A DNA stretch of 64,000 nt, taken from positions 48,424,001 through 48,488,000 of the forward strand of contig NC_058368.1 in the NCBI RefSeq assembly GCF_018350175.1, in the 5' to 3' direction. The notes below the pieces were generated by a model. It was not told where the DNA came from, did no database searches, and saw nothing but the letters and a program-made list of their open reading frames with translations. Positions 13,101-25,221 of the stretch are shown here, piece by piece; the first letter of the stretch is position 1, and every line of letters starts with the position of its first letter. A program made the position numbers and the translations under genes. The DNA comes from Felis catus. Its lineage: Eukaryota.

Positions 13101-16100
13101 AAGGTAGCTGGAGAAAAATCGAGTATGTGATTATTACTCTGTAAATTGGTAGTTCTTTTATTTATTAGATAGGCAAATATCATCTTGTTCGTTTCTAAAG
13201 AACACAAAGAATATCAGTTAATCAAATTCTCAATTAACAATGGAGAACAGGCAAGGAGAAAGAACTGAGAAAACAGTTACAGAGCTTGGAACAGAAAAAG
13301 TATTATTAAGGGAATAAGAAAAAATAAGGAAGAGAAACTACAGCCAGAGAGTTGTAAATAATTAAAAGGCCAATTTAAAATAGTGCTAGCAATAATTTTA
13401 AGGCCAACTTTCCCTCTTAGATCTTACAGTCTTCCTTCTTCATTTGTTACTATAGGTCTTAAGAGTCATTTGATATGCAGATATATTTAGATGGCTGGAT
13501 AGGTTTCCAAAGGTCTCTTGCAATGAGTATATACATTCAAAAATCATCAAAATAATTCTATAAATACCTGCCATCTAATATGCAAAGTAAGAATTTCCCT
13601 CTGGCATGCTAGCACCTGCACTATTTGAAATCAAAAGCTTTATATTTAAGTGAGAACTATACTTTTATATTTATTATATATGATAACTTCATATGTTTCA
13701 GAAGAGAAAAAATTTGTTTCTAAAAAATGAAACCGCAAAGGAAATGAAAGCTATTATATTTCAAAACCCAATACCTAATGTTCAACGTATTAAATATCAC
13801 CTGAGAAGCTTCTCAGGTGTGGTGAAAAATGAATGTAGCAACCGCATGAGAATATTTATTAGTAAAATATCATATTTAAGCATGTATTCATTTCACCATA
13901 AATTCAATCTTTGTATTAAAAAACGAACTTATCCAACAGGTTAAAAATGCTGTTGTAGCTAACAGTTTGTAACAGAATGAATACAAAGACCATTTTGTTA
14001 ACCTCTTGCTTTAACTACTTTATCTAATAGATGATTTTTCTGATTTAGATCTTCCCCTCCCTAGGTAATATCGACCTCTGAGTGAAGTCTCATCTCTCTC
14101 TCAATGTGGATCCCACCCAGTTTCCTTACTTTCTCCTTTTTCTCTTGTTTCCCCTTTGTTCTTTTATTTAACTGAGGGTGTGGGGGCAGGTTGGGGGCGG
14201 GGGGGGGGGGCGCAGAGAAGCCAATCAAACTCACTCTTCGACATTTTACAGTTTACAAGGAGCTTACCTAGAGTTGTCTCTTTTCTGCTAATTCTCTTAC
14301 AATAGTTTAGACAATTTCTGCCTTCTCTCTGACCTAGTTATTACTGTCGACTCTTAGAACCAAACCAGTCTATGCCAGAAGAAGCAGAGGAATTAGAAGT
14401 CTGCAGTATTTCAGATCAACAGGAACAGAAGAAGCCACTTTTTTCTGAAGGAGGCTAGTCAAGCTCTTGCACATGCCCAGAAGTGAAGATAAAGACAAAT
14501 TTCTCCTCCTTGTTGAAAATCACATAAACACAACGACCTATGCATCTGTATAAAATATTCTGAACTCCTATTTACAACTCAGTCTTTCATTAGTATTAGC
14601 TGCCTGCTTTTCTCACTCTTTAACAAGTTCCTGCCTTTACTTTTAATAACAGTAGTGAAACACTCAAGTCCTATCAAAGTCTATATTTAAGAATAATAAA
14701 CCAAAGTCAGTGACATTCCAGTCCCACTTCCCAAAAGGCAGCATTAAAAAATATATATTAATGAAAGAACATAAGTAACTAAATGGTTTGCCAACAAAAA
14801 CCAAATGCAGACCTCAACTATGAATCTCTATCTAGAAAACTATGAATCTCTATTAAGCGTAAGTAGAAGAATACATTTGCCAAAGGACGCTGTGGTAGTT
14901 CGATCACTCAAGAAGACAACCATACACACAGGCATAGGTCAGCTGCCTGGCACTATTCTGGTCATATGGACAGATGACACCGGATTCCACTGAACAGTGA
15001 ACGAAAAGAGGACATGCATGTGTACGGGAGACAGAGGAAGCGAGTCCATGACAGACGGATCATCACCTGAAATAAGACATCTTTAACACCACCAAGTGAG
15101 AGAGGTGACGGCATCAGACAATGGAAGATGTGGAGATCTGAAAATGGGGAGTTTCATGGGAGCAAAACTATAGCCACACTCAATGGTCAGGGGAAGTAGA
15201 GTCATCCTCTCCAACTAGCTTCGCAGCAATCACTGCAATGACCATATTTCCTTTCACAAATAGAAATGGCACAGGACTAAAAATACACTTGTGGCTTCTT
15301 CCTGTTGGCTGCTGAGAAAAGCAACAGCTTGTAGGGAAGAAAATGGGGTGTGAGTATTTCAAATTTGCCCACGACCACATCCCTTTGAAACTCCTGAATG
15401 AGTGCTATGAAAATACAGTATATTTTTGGAGGATTCTTCACTGCATCCAAAAAAAAAAAAAAAAAACCCACTCTTAAAAAAGATGACCAAAGGAAGTACA
15501 TGCCGAAATGGGGTTGGTTTCTTTACAGCAGTATCAACACAATCTACTCAGATATTCTAGGGAAAAAAGTACTTTCTACTCAAGGATCTAATAGCATAAC
15601 TGCTTTGTCAGGAATAATGTGCTCATAACCCATAATAAGTTGTTTTTCAAGTATGACACCATTAAAAATAGTCTTAACGCAATAAATATGTTGTGTAAAA
15701 TTCTGGCAGACTGCACTGTTGGGATTGCATTTGTATGGGAGAAAATGTGGCTGCACAGGAAACTGGAGCCAAACTCTGGTCCTTAGGCAATCTATTTATG
15801 ATGGTCACATGGACAGAAGAATGGGATAGTGGTCAAGGAGAAAAACTGGGCAACAGTGAAGTACCCACCTTGCTGCATGAGGCTTTTTCAGTTCTGATTA
15901 TTCCAAAGCCCCGGATCAATCACGACCTCACTTGACCCTCATTCCTGGGCATCACGGTGCTATTACCTGTTTCTTCAGCTACACGGAGTAAAGGACCAGC
16001 TGGGACAAGGGAGGGAGGAGATACGTCCACTTTTTTCTGGCTTGTCAGCTGGGTTTTCACAGACTGGTTATGGTATTGCTCTTTAAGTATTGTGAATTTC

Positions 16101-16101
16101 T

Positions 16102-16326
16102 TTTTTTTTTTTAATTTTTTTTTTCAACGTTTATTTATTTTGGGACAGAGAGAGACAGAGCATGAACGGGGAAGGGGCAGAGAGAGAGGGAGACACAGAA
16201 TCGGAAACAGGCTCCAGGCTCTGAGCCATCAGCCCAGAGCCTGACGCAGGGCTCGAACTCCTGGACCGTGAGATCGTGACCAGGCCGAAGTCGGACGCTC
16301 AACCGACCGCGCCACCCAGGCGCCCC
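16102..16326 (-). mobile_element. Young feline SINEC_Fc
   Basis: CpG-rich and close to consensus (ctctgggctgatggctcagagcctggagcctgtttccgattc), with TSD tgaatttct. Confidence 0.96.
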
Positions 16327-16839
16327 ATGAATTTCTAAAGTGTAACATCTATTAATATTCAAATATAAAAAGTAGTTTTTAAGTGACAAATGCAAATTAT
16401 TTGGAGTTTATATTTTGTCTTGAATTATTCTTTACTTTCCACTAGGTGATGAATGAGAAATGTTTGATCTTAATTCTGGTATCGTTTTTATAATTTTCAA
16501 TGAACCCAAATTGTACTGAACTTTCATTCGTTTGCTTTTCATTGTCAACCCTAGATCATTATCTGCTGTTTTTGCATTTCCTTTCATTTTCCATCATGTA
16601 TCTTTTTTTTTTCCTAAAGATTCTGCCAATCCAGTAAGGTGACTTTAGAATTCATATCAATTACTGCAAGATGTAGGTTACTTCCACAGTATAATATAAG
16701 GAACTAACATGCAATTAAGACTTTGCTTCTACAATTCTTCCCTCTCTAGAATTACCCGTTTTCGACTCTCTATTGGATTATTCTTGATAGTACACAAATA
16801 GGTTATAATATCTCCTTTTTTAAATCCCTCCCTCGAGAG

Positions 16840-17600
16840 TCTAAAAGCCTTTCCAGCCATCAATCCATTTCTCTACAACTCTTTCCTGCAGAGCTACTGC
16901 AAAGAGCTGCCTAGAATTTCATTCTTCCCCCACCCCCTCACCTCCCATCTGAAAGAGAACTCACTTCATTCAGTCCTTTGTCCCCACCACTCCCAATGAC
17001 ACATCGTCTGTGTCAACAACCCCATCCTTGCCAAATGTGCAATTCACAGTCCTCTTCAAGCAGTGTCTTAGTGATTCTTATCAAAGGAAGAATGTAAAAA
17101 GTAGTCATGTCACTTTCCTGCTCAAAGCTCCCGTTCCAATGGCTTCCTATCATATTTAGGAAGATAAACAAGGACCTTACCATGTTCTTTGATGCCATAC
17201 ATGACCTGGCCTATTGCTATTCCAATTGCTCATGGCCTGCTCTCCTATTGCCCATTCCCTCCTGTTCCACCAGCTGCCTTGTACTTCCTCCCCAAACCAG
17301 TCATGCTCACTCATGCTTCAGGTCTTTACACTTAGGAGTTCTTTCTGTAGAGGTCTTCCTCAGGTACTATTATCATGGTTTATATTTCAGATAGGCCTTC
17401 TGTGGTTATATCTAAAACTGCACTTCTCTCTTTTGACTTCCCATCCCCTTATCATGGTTAATTTTTCTTCATAGCTCTTACACCATCTGACATACATTGT
17501 TTGTTTCTTGCACTAGAAAGTAAGGTCCATGACAGTAGGCACTTGCTCATCTTGGAACCCCAATTCTCAGAATTTTACTTGGCATATAGTTTTTTCAGAA
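16840..17600. mobile_element. L2 LINE remnant
   Basis: catgtcactttcctgctcaaagctc...aatggcttcctatcatatttagg...cttaccatg...cactagaaagtaaggtccatgacagtagg is typical of an L2 3' region. Confidence 0.65.
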
Positions 17601-18399
17601 GGAAGGGAGGGAGGGAGGGAGGGAAGGAAACAATCCTAAACTTGCCTTCATCCAGGCAATAACAAACTAAGAACAACTTTGCTTGTGATTTGTTATGACC
17701 CTTATGTTTTTCTGCTACTAAGTATCTGTAAAAACTAATGAAAATCTCCTGGGAAATCTACCAAAAACTTCTCCAGGCTGGACTGAAATTCCTTTATGAG
17801 GTCAAATAATCCCTTTAGGGTCTTGTTTATAAATAATGTGTCTCAAATTACATAGTAACAAAACTCGGGTGAGATCAGTCTATTGGCTATTCCCTCTACA
17901 TAGAGAGCTCCCCCTTCTCCGTACAATCGCTTTGGGGGCTAACTTCTTTGTCCTTTTGGTATTAAGAGAAAAAATGTCTTCCCCAGACATTCCTCAGACC
18001 TGCTCCGACATCTTGCTTCTCTAGCCTAACCTGCGTTCGTTTGCTATACCTTCCAGATAGCATGCCATATTTCCTCAGATCATACATCACATTCAAGGCC
18101 CAACTGAGATATGTCAGTGCCTACGGCTAGCTAACAACTTGCCATTCTTTTAGACCAATATTCCTTAAATATTTGCATGGGCTGGGTTTTTATCCTCACT
18201 GGAAAGCTTTCTCACATCCTTCTGTTGTTAGTCAAGCAAGGTCGGGTGGAGGTTTCACCCTACCATATCCCTAAACCCTAACCACCCCCTCTGAGCATCC
18301 TGGTAGAAACATTTCTAATCATATATAACACCCACTGTGAAAATACTTTCATCAAATACACCTTTCTCTACCTGAAATTATAATTAAACTCTCTCCCCT

Positions 18400-18616
18400 G
18401 GGCAAATCCATGAGTGGTTTATGTTTTAATCCAACTTAAGCACAGAATGTCCGTAATTATCAATTATATGATTTTTTGTTTAATGTCGATACCTCCCAGT
18501 AGACTATAAGCACTCTGAGATAGAAACAGCATCTGTTTTGTTCAACACTGCATCCATGGTACCAAAAAACGCCTGTTACGTGATAGATGCTCTATAAACA
18601 CTTGAATGGACAAATG
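18400..18616. mobile_element. L2 3'-end fragment
   Basis: agactataagcactctgagatagaaacagcatctgttttgttcaacactgcatcc...gatgctctataaacacttgaatg. Confidence 0.6.
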
Positions 18617-21481
18617 ACTCGGTTTATAATACGTCAACTTATAACATGGATGGGTACATTCACAGTTCTTTGTGTAATGTAACATATGATAAGGTAAACT
18701 ATTTCTCTATCAGAGACCAGATGTGTTGTAACAACTTTAAAAATAATTAGCCAGTACAATCATCTGCATTTATATGAGTTAGTTTTGTAATTGTATTATT
18801 AGCATTTTGCATACCCAACTCCCCTACCGTATTTTCTTTTGCTTATCCCTACCAGATATACAAGTCCTACATGGGAATGGAAAAGGGCTCCCTTTATCAC
18901 TCAGCCATTTCAATGCTGGCCCAGTGCCCGGCTGCAAATGTGCAAAATAAAGACCTGAAGAATTACTGAAATGCCCTTTCTTTTATTCATTCTGTGAGGT
19001 AGGCAGGCCTCCTCCACTAGACAGTTTTACCATCATCTAATTAATCAGGTAAACAATAAAAAAAAAAAAAACTTAGAAAATGCCACAGCCATATTTGTAT
19101 AATATGGTGATTATAAAAACTTAATACAAACTAATAAAAATAGAAAATAGGGGATGTTTCCAGATAATTTCTCATAGTAAACTCTCATCCCTTATAACCT
19201 GCTGTAGTAATGACTTTGAGAAGCATTTCTATACTAAGTTCTTGGAAGCAGTTTTTCATGTGTAAATTCAGTCATTTTTTTTTCCTTCCAACTTCACGTT
19301 TATAAGACAGAAAAAAAAATTCTCAATATTACTACTTCAAGTATTTTGGAGAGGAGGTAATAATGATGTATAATTACAAACATTTTATTGATAGTTGATT
19401 AATCTAGACATTAAGCTCTTACTGAATCTCCCCAGTAATCTTCACGGATAGATCATGTTATTATCCCCATTTAATCACTGAAGAAAACTTCCCATCTAAA
19501 GCAGTAAGTGACGATGCTAAGATTTTAGATTCCTGATCTGGAATCTCATGCTCCTAATGTCCATATCACAGTCCAGGGGATTTATGATTGTATCAATTTT
19601 TCTCCTTGACATGAGAAAACTACTGAGTAAAAAACACTGCATGAAACTAACAAATACACTTGAGAGCAAATTATACCGTGAGTCTTAACCAAATTCTTCT
19701 GCAGAGACACAGTTTCCAGAAAATAATTTTGGCAATATACTTTCTATACTAATCACCCTAAATAAAAATAAAAATAACCTCTCCCATAAAAGGATAATAT
19801 CAAATAAAAGAGATCTCTCTTTTGTTTCCTTCATTAGTATATGAAAATTATTAAAAAAAAAAAAAGTCATGAACAAAATTAAAATCCTCATCAATCAACT
19901 TCATAATTAAAGAAGTATTTCCCTTAATGGGTATGGCACAAGGATTGGATTCTATGGTACACACATACACACATATAAAGTAATATAAAGTAATATAATG
20001 TGCAAGGTTCTATTTAAAAAATTCCTGATTTTTAAATAATTTATAAACACATCTTTAAATCACAAAAGAAAATAAATACCTAATGTGGCCTTCAGTTATG
20101 TTATTATTCAAATTGGTTAGCTCCTTTAGATCAGAAGTATTAGTAACACCAGAGCAGGGTCAAACTAAAGTAAAATCCAAGAAAAGACTCCCTCATCTAC
20201 CTATTCACTGTGATAGTGGTGGGACTAGTTCCTGGCCTTTCCCCATAACAGCACAAAAGACAGAGGTTGCCAGATAAGATCAGAATGTCTGCATCTCAAG
20301 TGTGCACTCTAAAATCTCTGAGTGCTATGAATCATGTGATTTTCTCACTTGGTAATACTGAGAAGGGAAAGTTGATTTTGTGGCTATGAAGAAATTCGAT
20401 GCAGATAAAACAATAACTTGCCAAAGATGAATGCACAGTTTTGTAGTAAATGTTTGTAAAAACTTCTCTAACTTTGCAATCAACTGCTATTTCTATGCAC
20501 TGAATCCTGCCTTCTATAAGAACTATAACAATCCATGTGTACTAGCATTTTATGAGAAGGTGGTGTTTACGTAGTCATCGGTCATTTTTTAATTATGCGC
20601 TAAAATATGGTATCAACGTATATTTAGTAGTAATATGGTATCAAAGCAAAAAGTAATACAACATTAAGTCTTAACTCATCATCGTTTCTTGGTCCTATAG
20701 ACAAAATACATACATAGATACTTAGTTTAAGAGGGAATGAGTCAATGGTGATCGGTATTTTACATTTCTACAGAAGGGTGACTTAGTTTTCAGATTCATG
20801 ACAAAGGAAGATAAACTCAGCAGCATGATGTTACTATAATTCCTTCTAGTAAAAATTGGAAAAAATAAGAGCTCAGCAATAGGAAAGTAATTTAATGATC
20901 AACTGGCTAACAGCCATATAGAATTAGGTAAGTCGGTATTATTATGTATTAAATAGACACAAAGCATCGTCCTGCCTTCTAAATCCTAGAAGGGAATTTT
21001 AATACTTCATTTTGAAATATTCCATCATACCAAATCATCCTGTTACTTGAAATGACAATAACTTACGCTAAGGTAAGAACTCAAGCTACATGGAGCTTTT
21101 GGAGTCAAACGCCTAACTTCAGAATTCTTTTAATGGCAACTCAACTTACAAGCACTTACGCTACGTATAGACTGTCCTCTCCATCTGAGCACTTGAAGGT
21201 AAACATTATTTTGCAAATTAAGATATTTGAATTCTAACGTTAAACGACCGGCTACATAAAAATACAGACTCAATAATACTGAAGCAAAAACTTATGCAAA
21301 CATGCAGTTAGTTCTTTTAAACTGCTCTACTGAATGGCTGATCAGCTGGGTCTCTGTGGTGTTGTGCACAGAACTTCTCTGGATATGGTGTAGTTGTATA
21401 CGATTTAGGATCTGCTCACTAAGTAAAAGAATAGTTACCTCTAGCGCTGAAATAAATCAAGGCTTCGCTTGTGTCCCTTAC

Positions 21482-22028
21482 CTTTGCCATGGCTTCTCCC
21501 ATCTTCCAAAAGCGGCACTACAATAGTGTTGTTCACATTTCCAGGTGACCGCACAGCTGTGTAGACAACAGGCACCGACTGTACCACCACAGGGATGCGG
21601 TGAACGTGACTCAGTTTGTTAGACTGTAAATTCATGGGACTCGAAGGCGGTACAGGATGGATAATGTGCAAAAACTGCTGGCCTCCCACACCAGACGCGG
21701 AGGCGACAAGGGGCCCTGGAGTTAATACTGTTGACGAAGATGATGCTGAAGATACGGATGTTATAACAGTTGGGGATGAGGCTGGACGACTAGAAGACGA
21801 TGAAGAGGTTGAAGTTGAAGAAGGCGAGGAGGCAGATGCTGTCATGGAAACTGGGGAGGATGAAACGGCTGTGGGGGATGTCCTGGCTTTGTTGATCGAC
21901 AAGTCCACTGGCTCAGTTTGTGTTTGGAAGTGATCTACAGATAACGAGTCCTCCGGTGGCTCCCCTTTCACATTATTTAGCAACAGGGGAACAGCTTCCA
22001 TATCGGGGTAGTTGTGGACGTTTGGAGA
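21482..22028 (-). CDS. KLF12: Internal coding exon (547 nt; probably the human exon 4 equivalent) of Kruppel-like factor 12, encoding the N-terminal repression region with the CtBP-binding PVDLS motif and a Ser/Thr-rich tract
   Basis: Translation SPNVHNYPDMEAVPLLLNNVKGEPPEDSLSVDHFQTQTEPVDLSINKARTSP...VVPLLEDGRSHGK matches mammalian KLF12 as I recall it. Acceptor is ttccatttttctccccacAG|TCT (AG at 22030-22029, phase 0). Donor is AAAG|GTAAGG (GT at 21481-21480, phase 1, consistent with the next residue being Ala). Confidence 0.97.
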
Positions 22029-23941
22029 CTGTGGGGAGAAAAATGGAACACATATTGATCTTTGTTAATCATACGTTTAATAGGTGCAAGATTTATTACT
22101 GGAGTGCTTATTAATTTTTCTCTTATTGCTATGAGATACTACTCATTCCCCAAGTAGTTGAAGGAGTGCTCTGTGACAGTCATTGTGATTAGAGTTGAGA
22201 GTACAAAAGTACACAACAGTGCAAGACAAAGCCTCTGCTAGAAAGACATTTTCATCCTATTGGGAGAGACAGACACAGTTGTTAAAATCCAGTGAAACAA
22301 GTGCTTTATGGAGCAGAAAAGAGGCCATAAGAACCCAAAAATGAATGGCAATTTTACATAAAATCTCTAAAAGACAAGCATAGTATGCAATGCGTTACCT
22401 ACTTAAAACTGAGTAAATACAATAGCTTATTCATCTAAAATGACAATTTTTTTAATTAAAAAAAAAACTATTCATTTTGTTGGCTCGACCCATCCTACAT
22501 TTATGGGTCTCATCTTCCTCTGTTATAAAGCAAAGAGATTTTGAATAAATTAGTTTAAATATCCTTTCCAGCCCCACGATTCTACAATTTCATGATTCCA
22601 ACCTTTACTCGACATGGTCATAATGTGGAGGAGTGAAAATACCTGGCAACAAAGTCAGGAAAAATCACCACATTTCAACTTCATATTTGGTGCAAGAGCT
22701 CCCATACCATTCTCATTACCAGCAGAGAAAAAGGGCACAATTGTTAAATTATTAAATATAAATATTTTTTAACAGTTGGGTTATATCTTAACTCTTAGTT
22801 ACGACAACATGTTTTTCTCAAAATAGTGTACATAACTACTATAGCATACATTTTAGGAAATAATAATTTGAGGAAAAACTTATTCTGGAAATATTAAATT
22901 GTTTATGAATTTTTAAAAATGTAAGATAAAGATAACTTTGTACAAGTTCATTTTCATTCTTTTCAGTTTTAATGAGCAAATTTTAAATAATAAAAAATCC
23001 AAGATTCTACCCAGACGAATGGACTTAACATTTTATTACTGGGCATGAATATAATTTACTCTTAGACTTATTCACTCATAAATTCAACAAGTAGTCACTG
23101 AATACCCAGTTCCAAGGCCTAAAATGGCCTAAGGATTCTATTACTATATGTCAGGCTAGCCTTATGAGAGAGAATTAGACGGTGACAGATTATTTTGATT
23201 TCATCTAATTTGACCAGGCTAACATGGGCACTGTTATAATATTATCTGAAGACGAAAAACTGTTTTTCAGCTTCATTATGGTATCGAAACAACAATGTCT
23301 GAAATTATCTTAAATTGTTTCATTTCATTCTTTGTTTAACAAAAGATTTTTGTTTGCCATTCCCCCTAAAATTTGAGCATACACTTAAAGGAACAAAACA
23401 CGCTTTTTAAAACCTTTCTTTACAGAAAAGAAATTAGAGCTCCATTCAAAACATACAATAAGCAGTAGTGCAAGGGATTTCCGTTCAACAGCAATGAAAA
23501 AAGAAAGATAATAAGTCAACAATGGTACCAGATCATCTTAAGAGGGAAATGGGTTAATGTTTTATTCGTTTTTTTAAATTTGTTTCTAAGCTAACTAAGA
23601 TGGTTACTTACCCACAAAAAAGTTAAGAATTAGAAAGCATAAAAATAAACCATACAAAATATCTACTGCATGAAATTCTCAGTGCCAAGATTTCACTCTA
23701 TGTGTTGAAACTGAGAAGTAACTTTTTTAATCTTCTCAGACAGTAAGAAACAACAACAAAAAACCCCCACAAACACTGAGCTACTTTTAAAAAAGCTATT
23801 AGCATTATCTATTATTATAACTAGAACAGTGTTTTAATTGGTTCTCAGCATTATCATTTAATTTCTTTTTAGAACAATATAAGATGTTTCTTATTAGTAT
23901 GTTAGACCCATATAGAAATTCTTTGTTGAGGCTGCTTTCAC

Positions 23942-24212
23942 AAAATATCCCAACTGGTTTGTCATTAACATTATAAAATATGTCACTAAGTACATGTTAT
24001 GAAACACTGTTTGGCTTCAAATATAGTCTTAATTTCTCTCTTCTTAGAACTGTATTAGATACATCCAGAATTCTAATTTTGGAAGTAGAGGCTATTTCCA
24101 CCACAAATTTTTCTCCTCCTACCTATCTAGTCAGATATAAAGTTTCCACATAGGTTTACAAACCAAAGACTCAGGTGTAAGTCATCACCGTAGAGACATT
24201 TCATACCGTAAA
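23942..24212 (+). repeat. Copy A of a local diverged direct duplication
   Basis: Aligns by eye with 27775-28028. The core 24051-24122 versus 27871-27941 is 63/72 identical. Confidence 0.9.
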
Positions 24213-25221
24213 CAAAAGACTACTTTAGCAAATTACAGCAATACGGGAGGTGGTCAATATGGAGCTTATTTGTAGAGATGGCTTTTGAGACTTCAAGTGT
24301 TACTAAGCTTTGCAAATGACTTCGACTTCTTTGGATTATGAACAGGAGTCCATCTTTTGTAGGTATCTGCTTAATCCGCCACTAAGAAAAATATTTACTC
24401 CTTAAACGCTGTTTTATAACAACAAATAAACAGTGTTCCTCTTATAATTCTGTTGCATATACTAGGAAAGCTATAAAGGACCAAATATTAGGAGTCGCTA
24501 GGTATATTCAAATATATGAGAACTACATAGCTTTTACATGAGCTTAAACCAAAATACAGAAAATGATCACAAAGATCACAAAGATAAACCAAATCTTTGA
24601 ACCGCACACATCAACTTTGGAACCTTGGACACATTATGCATGAATTTATAAGCATCACCATCACAGAGACACATGTTGGTTCCTTCTTCATATGTAGCAG
24701 GTAAAAATGTAGCCAACATGTCCCCAGGCAATGCCTCATCAGTATAAAGAGGACAAACTCCTTACTTTACCATTCACCTGTTTACAGTATTGACATAATA
24801 TTATATCCTTACAGCCATACTTACCTCTTCTACTGGGATAATGAGGCAGGTAAAGCCATCCATGATTGTTGCTTCAGGCTGCACATATATATATGGAAAG
24901 CTAGCAATATTGCCTAAATATGGTTTCAAAACATCTGTGGCATACTTTTGCTCCTCCTTTTTGGAAAGAAAAAACACCTGAAGACTTGATCCTGAAATCA
25001 TCATATGGAATTTATTTCCTTGTTTTCAGAAAGGGGAAAATTGAAATGCATGGGTTCTAAGGTGAGAATCCATAAATGTATAGCTGTAGTGACGGGTATA
25101 GTGAGGTGTAGTGAGGTGACGGGAACACAGGAGATAGCCAAGAGCGACAACAAAAGCTCTGAGAAACCAAGGCAAACGCTGAATGAGAAGTGTTTGGAGC
25201 AGCTAGAAATCGAAAGGACGA

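Larger units (their letters stand above)
1..21481 (-). other. KLF12: KLF12 intron downstream of the exon; the next exon is not recognised in the window
   Basis: Starts at the GTAAGG donor. I found no AQMDPRGLSP-coding or zinc-finger sequence by eye or in the ORF track. Confidence 0.85.

Noticed and set aside
14816..14852. Short direct repeat aactatgaatctcta x2, with similar ones at ~20604-20644, ~59076-59104 and ~62422-62450
   Set aside because: These are isolated micro-duplications with only two copies each and no repeat-spacer array, so they are not CRISPR-like.
21616..21933. 105-aa acidic plus-strand ORF (EDDEEVEVEEGEE)
   Set aside because: It is the antisense shadow of Ser-rich KLF12 codons (TCT/TCA/TCG), has a non-ATG start and has no independent support.
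21441..22001. 186-aa ORF as a stand-alone gene or processed pseudogene
   Set aside because: It is bounded by canonical splice sites and KLF12 similarity stops exactly at them, so it is an internal exon.
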